DNA of 52,423 nt from the IMG/VR virus record IMGVR_UViG_3300045988_112931, positions 1 through 52,423 of that record. One strand, given 5' to 3'. Positions 17,025-25,379 of the stretch are shown here, in pieces (positions within the stretch are counted from its first letter, which is position 1; every line of letters begins with the position of its first letter). Under the pieces are notes generated by a model. That model was not told the DNA's origin. It saw nothing but the letters and a program-made list of their open reading frames with translations, and did not search any database. This stretch comes from a virus. A program made the position numbers and the translations under genes.

Positions 17025-17621
17025 TTACTCGTTAAATTCAAACCATCCCTTCATGTTGGCTTTATCGTTCTCGGAGAACGGCATAACCAATTTTGAAGGG
17101 TCAATCTCTGCGGCTGTACGAAGCAATGAAACCAATGTAATTCCGTCCTCAACCTTTGTACGGTTGTACAGAGCCGAATTAGCGACATGCTTTTGCTTTA
17201 AACCATCAACTGCAACCGCATTGAATAATACAGCATCTTTGGCAATATTCTCACCAAAAGCAGCCTTAATAGTCAATACATCATAACCGGCATTAGATTT
17301 ATCAATTGCCGTTACTTCTGCGCCTTTCTTGCCGCTTCCGACAAACATACCCACATAAGCCAAAGAGTTCTTGGCTACTTTGATAGACAAAGCCTCTCCA
17401 CCAGTGGTATAGGCTTCCACAACTCTCACATTGATTACCGCATAAGCGAACTTGTTTTTCAAGTCCGCACAAATCGGTGTAAATCCGGGAAGAAAACTTC
17501 CCACTACCAGGTTCTGCGTATTAAGTTTGAACGGACCACGTCTACGAATGCCGGTCTGGACATCGTAGCGTTCCTCTTGCTCAACGGGCGGAACCAAGTC
17601 ATACTTAAATCCTGCTGACAT
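17025..17621 (-). CDS. Capsid-associated protein (decoration-like?)
   Basis: 198-aa ORF between the scaffold and capsid genes. Called from position only. Confidence 0.35.
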   Translation of the reverse strand: MSAGFKYDLVPPVEQEERYDVQTGIRRRGPFKLNTQNLVVGSFLPGFTPICADLKNKFAYAVINVRVVEAYTTGGEALSIKVAKNSLAYVGMFVGSGKKGAEVTAIDKSNAGYDVLTIKAAFGENIAKDAVLFNAVAVDGLKQKHVANSALYNRTKVEDGITLVSLLRTAAEIDPSKLVMPFSENDKANMKGWFEFNE

Positions 17622-17623
17622 AA

Positions 17624-18259
17624 TTAATTCTTGTTTTGTTCAACAATAGTTTTCGTACCCTCATCAATCATTTTAGCGATAGATTCAGATTCTTTCTCAA
17701 TCTTCTCTTCCGCTGATTCGGGAGGGGTTACGCCTTTGAAGCCGTCATTTGCGAACTCCTGCTTCAAGTCCTTGAAGTATGCGTCCAAGTCCTCATCGTC
17801 CTTAATGGCGCATCGTTTGGCGTAGTTTTCGGGAATACCATACTCTTTTGCCTTTGCCAAAATCTGCTGGCTACGTGTTGCTTGAGCCTTTTCCGTTTCA
17901 AACTGTGTTAGCTTATCAGAAAGGTTCTTGTTGGAGTCAATTAAAGCTTGCGCCCATGCAGGCACATCGTCTTTATTCTCTTCCGTTTTGGTGGTTGTGG
18001 TAGTCTCGATTGGCTTACCGTCTTTAAGGTTATGCTTCTTCTCGTAGTTGGAAACTGCGGTCTTGGAAGCATCCCCGGCACGGAAATCACCATAGGAGTT
18101 AAGCACGTCCGAAAAACTGATACCCTCAACAATGGAGTTTACCTTTGTCTCGTCCGTTACACCCTCTGCCTTTTTAGTAGCGATTCGGGTTAAGATAGCA
18201 GTGTCCACCCCTGCGAATTTCTGTTGTAGCCCTGCTAAGATTTGTTCTAAGATTGTCAT
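17624..18259 (-). CDS. Scaffolding protein
   Basis: 211-aa acidic, helical ORF upstream of the capsid genes. Confidence 0.55.
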   Translation of the reverse strand: MTILEQILAGLQQKFAGVDTAILTRIATKKAEGVTDETKVNSIVEGISFSDVLNSYGDFRAGDASKTAVSNYEKKHNLKDGKPIETTTTTKTEENKDDVPAWAQALIDSNKNLSDKLTQFETEKAQATRSQQILAKAKEYGIPENYAKRCAIKDDEDLDAYFKDLKQEFANDGFKGVTPPESAEEKIEKESESIAKMIDEGTKTIVEQNKN

Positions 18260-18341
18260 ACCGTATGAATTTGATTTATAAATTTCTACGGTAAAATTCG
18301 ATCTTAATAAAGAGAATGAGAAATAATCAGGATAGTTATAT

Positions 18342-18375
18342 ACGACAATCAGACTATTGTCATAAATATGACAAA
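18342..18375. promoter_or_regulatory. Palindrome ACGACAAT-N6-ATTGTCAT (copy 2 of 3), overlapping a second palindrome TGTCAT-N4-ATGACA
   Basis: Read directly. It lies between terminator 18372-18405 and the scaffold gene. Confidence 0.6.
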
Positions 18376-18405
18376 AAAAGGCGTGAAACCGAATGAATCA
18401 CGCCT
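18372..18405 (-). terminator. Rho-independent terminator after the hicAB cassette
   Basis: On the minus strand, AGGCGTGA-(11 nt)-TCACGCCT is followed by TTTTTTT. Confidence 0.8.
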
Positions 18406-18427
18406 AAAATATAGTAAGATAGTATGC

Positions 18428-18802
18428 CTAAAGTTTTACTTCTAATTTTTGACCTGTCAAATCAAAATACAGGTTTTGAAGTTGATGGAGGGATTTCACT
18501 TGTATATTGTAATCGACTCCCTTCAAATGGAAATCTGCGTCCAACTCAAACAAGGGACTATAATAAGTGACAACTCCCCATTTATGCTTTTCAAATCCAC
18601 ACTTCAACAACAGTTCTTCTGTAAGAGGAATGGGATTAAGGTTCTCTACATAGGTACGAAATACCGCTTCTGATGATATTCCACTCGCTTCATATTTTGG
18701 ATATTCAATCTCACTATATCCTATTTCTGTTATCTTATATGGAGTTTTGCTATTTTGTAAATAGACATAATTACCAATTTTCAATTCTCTAACATCCACC
18801 AT
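18428..18802 (-). CDS. Hypothetical protein, last gene of the hicAB moron cassette
   Basis: 124-aa ORF between hicB and the terminator. Confidence 0.5.
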   Translation of the reverse strand: MVDVRELKIGNYVYLQNSKTPYKITEIGYSEIEYPKYEASGISSEAVFRTYVENLNPIPLTEELLLKCGFEKHKWGVVTYYSPLFELDADFHLKGVDYNIQVKSLHQLQNLYFDLTGQKLEVKL

Positions 18803-18803
18803 A

Positions 18804-19196
18804 CTATAACAAATTTATAGCCGATAACTCCTTTGTCAATGATTGAATACCCCTCTGAATTTTCTCTAACTGCTGCCTGCGAGGTTTGTGAACTCCGGCA
18901 GCATAATGCCACAACTGGCGTTCATTGATTCCTGTAATACGGCTCAATGCAGCCTTAGTAAAGATATTACTGTAATAGTTGATAAAAGTAGCAGCATCAA
19001 TCTTAAACTTTAACTCAAATTCTCCAGAAAGCACCTCACAAGGATTAGAGTTATCTTCCAAATACAATTCGATAGCCTCCTTCATGTTATCTTCCAACTC
19101 CTTCATGTCGTTACCGACTGTAATGACAGGAGCATCTTCAATATAAGCACTTAAGTTCTTTCCTGCGTGTTCTACAATAACTTCTACTGTTTTCAT
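18804..19196 (-). CDS. hicB: HicB-family antitoxin with C-terminal HTH
   Basis: 130 aa. The N-terminus MKTVEVIVEHAGKNLSAYIEDAPVITVG is HicB-like, and the C-terminus has an HTH (LSRITGINERQLWHYAAG). It lies directly downstream of hicA. Confidence 0.75.
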   Translation of the reverse strand: MKTVEVIVEHAGKNLSAYIEDAPVITVGNDMKELEDNMKEAIELYLEDNSNPCEVLSGEFELKFKIDAATFINYYSNIFTKAALSRITGINERQLWHYAAGVHKPRRQQLEKIQRGIQSLTKELSAINLL

Positions 19197-19230
19197 ATTA
19201 CCTCCTTTTTTAATTAAGAGAACAAGGGGG

Positions 19231-19419
19231 CTACTTTAGCCCCGCTTGTCTCAAAATGCTGTAATAAGTGCCTTTCTCAACGCCTTTGCTGTTATGATTC
19301 GGTACAATAACCACTTTGCCGTCTTTCTCAAACTTCATGTGACTACCTTTCTGACTCTTTAGAACAAAACCGTTTTCTTGCAACATAGTTACAACGTCTT
19401 TAACTGATTTGTAACTCAT
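19231..19419 (-). CDS. hicA: HicA-family mRNA interferase toxin
   Basis: 62 aa. GFVLKSQKGSHMKF...VIVPNH...VEKGTYYSILRQAGL fits the HicA/YcfA pattern. Confidence 0.85.
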   Translation of the reverse strand: MSYKSVKDVVTMLQENGFVLKSQKGSHMKFEKDGKVVIVPNHNSKGVEKGTYYSILRQAGLK

Positions 19420-19443
19420 AACGCTTTGGACTTAATTACCATG

Positions 19444-19451
19444 CAAATATA
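19444..19451 (-). promoter_or_regulatory. Bacteroidetes-type -7 box TATATTTG (TAnnTTTG) for hicAB
   Basis: CAAATATA on the + strand, 25 nt upstream of the hicA ATG. Confidence 0.55.
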
Positions 19452-19500
19452 GTAATAATACGAATATTATCAAAGCATTTATTCGTTATTTTACTATGAA

Positions 19501-19536
19501 TATAAAAATAGCGGTAACTCCGAAGAATTACCGCTA
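19501..19536 (-). terminator. Rho-independent terminator after the portal gene
   Basis: On the minus strand, TAGCGGTAA-(10 nt)-TTACCGCTA is followed by TTTTTAT. Confidence 0.8.
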
Positions 19537-19586
19537 ACCATTCTATTTTTCTTATACTAAAATTATAAACCTCGTAATTTTTCTGA

Positions 19587-21083
19587 CTAAGAAGCATTTT
19601 TCTGTTCTTTATTTCCGATTTGCTCATTCTTTGCTGCTTGTTCTTCTTTTATTTCTGCAATTTCTTCTTCGATGCGGTCAATATTTCCAGCGAACATTAC
19701 CCCATGTCGTTGTGACCATACACCACCCGACACAGCTTTTACAGCTACATTAACTTTATCTTCTAAATTGTCAAGGCGATACGGAACAACTTCTGTACTA
19801 ATATCTATCGTTTCAGATGCTTTGTTAAATTCAGATGGATTTATAGAACCTAAAGCAGAGACTATGAAGTTCACACGCCTTTGCAAGAACTCACCTATCA
19901 CCTCGGCATGATTTTGAACTTGCAAATGTGTCGAAAGAAACACGTAATCGAAAGCCACTCCCGACAAGGCATTTCCAGCACCGCTCAACTTTTCAAAACT
20001 GATTTGCGGTGTATTCGTCATAGAATATGCTTTCTCAAAGAGGGTTTCTACCTCAAATTTTACGGTGTCATTTGCCTGATTCCATGTCAGATACTGAGCA
20101 TCCGCACCCTCACCTGTAAGTTTAACCATTCTATCCTTAACCTTACCCATGAAACCCTCTACATCACCAATTAGCTTCAATAGTGGGAAGAAATGGTAGT
20201 CTATACAATCAGCATAATTGGATAATAGTTTCTCCAACCGGACCCGGAAGGTCTTTATCTTCTTGCAATAAGGTTCAGGACGATAAGCATAGAGAACCGG
20301 TAGTTTTGGGAATCCATGAGCAAAAGGCGTTCTTTCTTCATACCCTTTAGACAAATCCCATTGATAAACCATTTTGTCCGTGATAGTCATAAAGCAGGTG
20401 ACCTCCGAATCATCCATGAGCTTCTTTTTATACTCACGTGAGAAAGCAATCATTTTACCTTCATCGTTAAAGAACGGGTATAGCTTATCACCTCTGAATG
20501 GAGACCATAACACGCTTTTCAGTTTCTTGGTGGGCTTGACCTTGCCACCGAACGTAGTCTTAACTTTCTTCCAAAACTTTGCCCAAAACGAATCATCATC
20601 GGTAACATACCAATATTCTGCCGCTTCTTGTTCGGAGAGCCAGGCACGGACAATCTTCTTGTTTTGGTATTTGATTTTGTTGGATTTAAATACAGCCTTT
20701 ACCGCATCCAGCAGCTTCTTTTCATCATCATCAGTCGGAATGCAATCCATAGACGGTTCTGTGCCGACCGTGAAAGCAGTTTGAATGTTCACTATATCTT
20801 GTTCCAATGGAATAGAAATACGGTTCACCGGTTCAGTCTTATACTTTGCTTCGATTTCATAAGTCTTACCAGTTTTTTCATCGAAAACTTTTTCGGATTC
20901 CTTATCAAGTACTTTTCTGTCCGGATACTTTTCTTTATCCACAATGATTTCGTGGCGTTCCGGATTCCAATCATCCCAAAGTTTGCAACGGTCGGGAAGT
21001 TCAGTCTTCCTACCTTTCTTCAGGTAGTTTATCTTCTGCCCGATGTCAGGCAATGCTAATATTTCTTCTAAATTCAATGGCAT
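19587..21083 (-). CDS. Portal protein
   Basis: 498-aa ORF immediately downstream of TerL. Called from size and position. Confidence 0.7.
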   Translation of the reverse strand: MPLNLEEILALPDIGQKINYLKKGRKTELPDRCKLWDDWNPERHEIIVDKEKYPDRKVLDKESEKVFDEKTGKTYEIEAKYKTEPVNRISIPLEQDIVNIQTAFTVGTEPSMDCIPTDDDEKKLLDAVKAVFKSNKIKYQNKKIVRAWLSEQEAAEYWYVTDDDSFWAKFWKKVKTTFGGKVKPTKKLKSVLWSPFRGDKLYPFFNDEGKMIAFSREYKKKLMDDSEVTCFMTITDKMVYQWDLSKGYEERTPFAHGFPKLPVLYAYRPEPYCKKIKTFRVRLEKLLSNYADCIDYHFFPLLKLIGDVEGFMGKVKDRMVKLTGEGADAQYLTWNQANDTVKFEVETLFEKAYSMTNTPQISFEKLSGAGNALSGVAFDYVFLSTHLQVQNHAEVIGEFLQRRVNFIVSALGSINPSEFNKASETIDISTEVVPYRLDNLEDKVNVAVKAVSGGVWSQRHGVMFAGNIDRIEEEIAEIKEEQAAKNEQIGNKEQKNAS

Positions 21084-21094
21084 AGTTTATATTT

Positions 21095-22363
21095 TTAATG
21101 TGTGAATATTCCTGTTAAATCTTTCGGCTTCTGAATCTGACCAAGAAGCTCACCCAATACATAGTAACGTACAGCATCTATTCCGTGATTGTCATGGTCT
21201 TCCGGTTCGTTGATATAGTTCCCGTCCTTATCCTTTGCCCAAACATACTTTCTGAACTCGCTTTGCAAGTTGTACGAGCGTTTGGTTATATAAATCTCCA
21301 TATCTTTCATTTTGTCAATTCCGGCATTGATAGAGCCTGCACCTTTCTCTACGGCATATATCTTGATTCCTCCGTTGTGTATCTCTTGAATCAAACGTGG
21401 GTCTGCGCTGTCAGCAATGACTTTCAATCCCCACGGGCGAAGAGTCTTGATGATGTCAGAAGAAAGCAATCCAGTACGGTAATCCACTTCATCCAAGTAA
21501 AGGGCGTTATCAACGATACCACAACGAATGGAAGCAGACGGGTCATGCGTATAACCGAAGTCTTGCCCGAAAGCAATTTTCTTTGCCCAAGCCGGGAACT
21601 CGTCAACAATTCCCCACTTCTTGAACACAGCACCTTCTGCAACGTCAGCCCACCGGCCGATAACCACATGAGCATACTTTTCAGGATTACTCACCTTCAT
21701 ATCTTCCACCTCTTTCAGGAACTCAGGAGAAAGGTTATCCAAGTTATCAAAATACGTAGTATGGATATGGAGCACATTCGGATGAGTGGAAATCTGAACC
21801 TGCACACCGTCAATCTCTACCAGCTTGTGAGTTTTCTCAATGTATTTCTTGTAGATGAAGTGATTGGAATCGCATGGGTTCATTATAATGATAATCCGGT
21901 TCTGAATACCCTTCTTGCGAATGGAGAGCATTATCTTGTCGAACTCATCTTCGCTTGTCCACTCTTCCGCTTCATCGCAGACGAAAGTCGTAATGCCTTG
22001 AATGGATTTCAGTTTTGCTGTCTGGTTCCCGGAAGAAGTCTTGATACCCCGAAACATGATACGGCTCTTAGTCATCTTATTGACTATGTCCGTCTTTGTG
22101 GTCTTGAAATATTTCGTGGTACCGTCCAAATCTATCTTCTCCATCATTTCGGGGATGATAGACATACCGGCAGAAACCATCGTGTAACGGGTGTAAAGAA
22201 TCTGATGCACAATCTTCTCTACGGGAGTCATTTCAAAAGTCAACCGTTCAATGAAGGTAGAAGCATTGAAAGACTTTCCCGAACCACGACCTCCGGTGAT
22301 AAGAATTATAAACTTTTCCTTATCCTCGTATAATGGATGGTAAATTTCTTGAGGTACTATCAT
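21095..22363 (-). CDS. terL: Terminase large subunit
   Basis: 422 aa. N-terminal Walker A ILITGGRGSGKS. ATGA overlap with the upstream small subunit. Confidence 0.9.
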   Translation of the reverse strand: MIVPQEIYHPLYEDKEKFIILITGGRGSGKSFNASTFIERLTFEMTPVEKIVHQILYTRYTMVSAGMSIIPEMMEKIDLDGTTKYFKTTKTDIVNKMTKSRIMFRGIKTSSGNQTAKLKSIQGITTFVCDEAEEWTSEDEFDKIMLSIRKKGIQNRIIIIMNPCDSNHFIYKKYIEKTHKLVEIDGVQVQISTHPNVLHIHTTYFDNLDNLSPEFLKEVEDMKVSNPEKYAHVVIGRWADVAEGAVFKKWGIVDEFPAWAKKIAFGQDFGYTHDPSASIRCGIVDNALYLDEVDYRTGLLSSDIIKTLRPWGLKVIADSADPRLIQEIHNGGIKIYAVEKGAGSINAGIDKMKDMEIYITKRSYNLQSEFRKYVWAKDKDGNYINEPEDHDNHGIDAVRYYVLGELLGQIQKPKDLTGIFTH

Positions 22364-22761
22364 TTCAATTTGTCTTTAATCCATGAATCAATAGAAATAC
22401 CGTGGTCAATATCTGTTGGAATATCGGCATCTTCTGATTCTTCCCCAAAACCTTCGCTCTTTCCTAATGTAGAAAGCAAATAACGAATCATATAGCCGTC
22501 TGGACGTTCGCGCCAGCCCACAAAATTTCCACTCTCATCCTTTTCAGGAATACCCAATGCAAGAACACGGGCAGAAACCAAACATTCATCAACCAAAGCT
22601 CCACGCTCATCTGATATGGCATCTTTAAACTCAACATCCTCTTTCGCCCATTGGTATATTGTTTTCCGAGCTACTTTAAACGTAGCCGCAACCTTGGTTA
22701 GATTTCCACCAGATTTGCGGAGAATCTTCCTAAAATCATCTATATTAGGTTTCTTTGACAT
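22360..22761 (-). CDS. terS: Terminase small subunit (HTH)
   Basis: 133 aa. HTH-like TKVAATFKVARKTIYQWAK. It overlaps the terL start. Confidence 0.7.
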   Translation of the reverse strand: MSKKPNIDDFRKILRKSGGNLTKVAATFKVARKTIYQWAKEDVEFKDAISDERGALVDECLVSARVLALGIPEKDESGNFVGWRERPDGYMIRYLLSTLGKSEGFGEESEDADIPTDIDHGISIDSWIKDKLK

Positions 22762-22797
22762 ATCCTTACGTACGGGCGCGCGTATTTGTTACTTTCG

Positions 22798-23514
22798 TCA
22801 CTTAATCAATTTCAACACTTCCTCTCCTTTGACAAACTTATCATCTGTGCTAATGCCAAGTAAGTCACAAAAGTTATCTTTAGCTTCATAGGAAGAAAAA
22901 GATAATGTTATAAAAGCTTCTTCATTCTGTTGTCTTTCTATTGCGGATTCTTTTACCTGCTGTTTGATGAATTTCATGTGTTCTTTTTTAGCTTCGTACG
23001 TCTTTTCATCCATTACAGGATTTTCTATTTCATCGAACGATGATACAGGAGATAATAGATCATCTAAAGAATCTGAGAAAGAAGGAATAGCTGTATTTAT
23101 AGAAAGAATATCGTTGAGCTCCCCAATATCCAATCCCACATCCGTATAATCTATATCAGAGATATAACCAGCTATAAGGTCTATATCCGGTTTCGTGTTC
23201 CCTACTGCCATATATGTAAGCTGTTCCTTCTCAGTTTTATCATCTAAATTCACAACCTCTACCTTTACGTCATAATCAGTGCTTGGAGTACCATCGTATT
23301 TATAATGCAAATCCATTGCTTTTATCCTGCGATGCCCGTCTATAAGATTTCCCGATTTCTCATTCCATACGATACCGCCGAGGAAACCCACTTTTTGCAA
23401 GTTCTTCTTTTGCAGCTTCACCTTTTCATCCGAATGTCTTTTAGGGTTAATCGGATTAAGGTTTATTTGGGAACGTTTTATAACCCTTGTCTCACTTTGC
23501 TTTAGTTCTTTCAT
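22798..23514 (-). CDS. ParB N-terminal (nuclease-like) domain protein
   Basis: NLIDGHRRIKA resembles the ParB-domain DGHHR motif. I moved the start to the ATG at 23514, which carries the recurrent ACGATTATG leader. Confidence 0.65.
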   Translation of the reverse strand: MKELKQSETRVIKRSQINLNPINPKRHSDEKVKLQKKNLQKVGFLGGIVWNEKSGNLIDGHRRIKAMDLHYKYDGTPSTDYDVKVEVVNLDDKTEKEQLTYMAVGNTKPDIDLIAGYISDIDYTDVGLDIGELNDILSINTAIPSFSDSLDDLLSPVSSFDEIENPVMDEKTYEAKKEHMKFIKQQVKESAIERQQNEEAFITLSFSSYEAKDNFCDLLGISTDDKFVKGEEVLKLIK

Positions 23515-24184
23515 AATCGTATTCAAATAGTTTTCGTTCCACCAAAGGGTATTCATTTATAACTTTCTGCAAATCACCCGGAAATCTATTACGAAGAAAA
23601 AGAAGGTAGTTAATATCCGTTATGTCCGTTCCGGATGATTGATGCTTGGAATCGTATGATTCCGGTTTGATTAAACCAGCCCTGCTAATATAATCCATGA
23701 CGTCTTTATTTTTGTATTCAGACAATGGATAACACTTCTTTTGCGCTTCATTAATTCCGTTCATGTCGTATGTACGTAGCATCAAACGCCTGTTCATTGA
23801 ATCGGACTGCTTAAAGCCGAAGAAAGCCCACTCAATATTGTATTTCTCCCTTACTATATCTGTAAGCTGAGCCATGCTGTAAAGTTTCTGTTTCTCATTT
23901 TTCTCGCATCCCATATACCCAATGCGTCTATAGGAATAAACTGCAAAATGAGGAATCTGCACATACTTAACATTTGGATATTTATTACAAGCATAATTTA
24001 TATAACGGTTAATATGAGATAAGTCTTTAACAACGTACATATAAACGCATACAATTTCTTTAAAGTATGGTGAAATAAGGTCTAAAAGGGCTATGCTGTC
24101 TTTACCCGATGCCGAGTGAAACAATATAACCCTGTCAGTCCTTTCGGCGATAGTTTTTATTATATCTATTGCCTTTTTCATCAT
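23492..24184 (-). CDS. PAPS reductase-like / PP-loop ATPase family protein
   Basis: VILFHSASGKDS is a PP-loop-like (SGGKDS) motif. The ATG at 24184 overlaps the upstream stop. Confidence 0.6.
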   Translation of the reverse strand: MMKKAIDIIKTIAERTDRVILFHSASGKDSIALLDLISPYFKEIVCVYMYVVKDLSHINRYINYACNKYPNVKYVQIPHFAVYSYRRIGYMGCEKNEKQKLYSMAQLTDIVREKYNIEWAFFGFKQSDSMNRRLMLRTYDMNGINEAQKKCYPLSEYKNKDVMDYISRAGLIKPESYDSKHQSSGTDITDINYLLFLRNRFPGDLQKVINEYPLVERKLFEYDYERTKAK

Positions 24185-24327
24185 CAAGCAATCCTACCAC
24201 CTACCTTACGATTAATTCTCGCTCTTTGGGCTGCATTTCTACCCATAGATTGAAATCGTCCGGATTCATAATCTTTTCGGGTACGATACTTTCGACCACT
24301 TGCATCTGTTGCATACGTTTCTGGCAT
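24184..24327 (-). CDS. Small basic protein (47 aa)
   Basis: MPETYATDASGRKYRTRKDY... I prefer the ATG at 24327 over the TTG at 24381, because the hairpin at 24371-24388 would otherwise fall inside the ORF. Confidence 0.35.
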   Translation of the reverse strand: MPETYATDASGRKYRTRKDYESGRFQSMGRNAAQRARINRKVGGRIA

Positions 24328-24370
24328 AATCTTTAATTTTAAATTAAACAATCCTTTTACTAAATAAGCA

Positions 24371-24388
24371 AAGCCACCCAAGTGGCTT
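24371..24388 (-). terminator. Hairpin AAGCCAC-ccaa-GTGGCTT after the ASCH gene
   Basis: 7-bp stem followed by TGCTTATTT on the minus strand. The U-tract is weak. Confidence 0.4.
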
Positions 24389-24391
24389 ATA

Positions 24392-24844
24392 TTATTTCAA
24401 ACCTGAATGGCTTATGATTTCACAAATATGCAAATAATAGAATAACGGCAACTCTTTAGGCGGATTCTTTTTAAACGCTTCTAATTGTTTGTCGAAATCG
24501 TGAAAATCAAATTCGTCGTGCATGAACTTTATCCCTTCTTCTGTTATTTCACCTATACCAATTTCATCAATGGCGACATCAAGTGTCCATGGTGCACCAG
24601 TACTATAAAAATGAATAGCTTCTATATCAGTCCTTAAAATAGGTTGACATTCTTGCTCGCGTCCAGCTTTTCTCAATTTCTCATTTTCGTCAACTTGAGC
24701 AAAGTCTGTGAACATCTTCTCATATTTGACGCTAAGCATACGTGTTTCTATGCTCTTTTTGCCATTCAAAATATCTAAAGCGTTTTCTTTTGTCATTATG
24801 AGCGAATACGCTTCTATCTCTTGACCATTATAATCAATCTTCAT
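24392..24844 (-). CDS. ASCH (PUA-like) domain protein
   Basis: 150 aa. ILNGKKSIETR resembles the ASCH G-K-T-E-R motif. Confidence 0.45.
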   Translation of the reverse strand: MKIDYNGQEIEAYSLIMTKENALDILNGKKSIETRMLSVKYEKMFTDFAQVDENEKLRKAGREQECQPILRTDIEAIHFYSTGAPWTLDVAIDEIGIGEITEEGIKFMHDEFDFHDFDKQLEAFKKNPPKELPLFYYLHICEIISHSGLK

Positions 24845-24906
24845 ATCACTATATCGTTATAAAATTTGTACTATAAAAGATAGTACCACTAAGGTACAAC
24901 CACAAC

Positions 24907-24914
24907 CAAAGATA
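24907..24914 (-). promoter_or_regulatory. -7 box TATCTTTG (TAnnTTTG)
   Basis: CAAAGATA on the + strand, about 60 nt upstream of the ASCH gene start. Confidence 0.45.
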
Positions 24915-24938
24915 ACGAAATATCTTCAACCGTTATTT

Positions 24939-24960
24939 ATGACAATAGGCTTATTGTCGT
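24939..24960. promoter_or_regulatory. Palindrome ATGACAAT-N6-ATTGTCGT (copy 3 of 3)
   Basis: Read directly. It is centred about 35-40 bp upstream of the -7 box at 24907-24914 and spans the stop codon of 24951..25157. Confidence 0.6.
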
Positions 24961-25157
24961 AAACTAAGCCATTTATCCCGTTTTTCTCTGCACGCCTCTA
25001 AAGTAGGCGCACAGCAAGAAAACAATTCACCGCTTTCAGTACGGTAGTCGTACTGATACATTCTCACTCTCTTACCTCGCAACTTGGTGTTGTAGGTAGT
25101 ATAATTCTCTTTACCGGGCTGGCATACGCTGCAACCGTTTTCGTTTATTGAGTTCAT
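24951..25157 (-). CDS. Small Cys-rich protein
   Basis: 68 aa from the ATG at 25157 (MNSINENGCSVCQPG...FSCCAPTLEAC). Confidence 0.5.
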   Translation of the reverse strand: MNSINENGCSVCQPGKENYTTYNTKLRGKRVRMYQYDYRTESGELFSCCAPTLEACREKRDKWLSLRQ

Positions 25158-25169
25158 AATCAATCTTAT

Positions 25170-25367
25170 TTAATGTTTCACATTCAACCGTTCTTCACTC
25201 GTATAAGCCACTACAAGCCCGGTTTCATCATGTTGTATCGTGACATACTTTTCGCCTCTTTCTATGGTAGAAAAATCACACATAGAACATAACTTGCCTA
25301 ATACTTTGCCCAATTGTTTCATCAGTGATGTTTCTGGGCTAATAACTAAAACTAAATCTGCTTTCAT
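25170..25367 (-). CDS. Hypothetical small protein
   Basis: 65-aa ORF with the ACGATTATG-type leader. Confidence 0.5.
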   Translation of the reverse strand: MKADLVLVISPETSLMKQLGKVLGKLCSMCDFSTIERGEKYVTIQHDETGLVVAYTSEERLNVKH

Positions 25368-25379
25368 AATCGTATGTAT

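Noticed and set aside
21185-22333. 382-aa ORF on the + strand
   Set aside because: It lies entirely antisense to the terminase large subunit, which has a clear Walker A motif and the expected operon context. The product is low-complexity and motif-free, so it is a shadow ORF. The same applies to 7677..8312 and the other + ORFs inside the tape measure gene, to 4929..5546 inside the Ala-rich fibre gene, and to 16396..16827 inside the capsid gene.
22762-22797. GC-rich palindromic patch (CGTACG, GCGCGC) just upstream of terS as a pac site
   Set aside because: It is a single short occurrence with no repeats or supporting structure. A pac site cannot be assigned from sequence alone.
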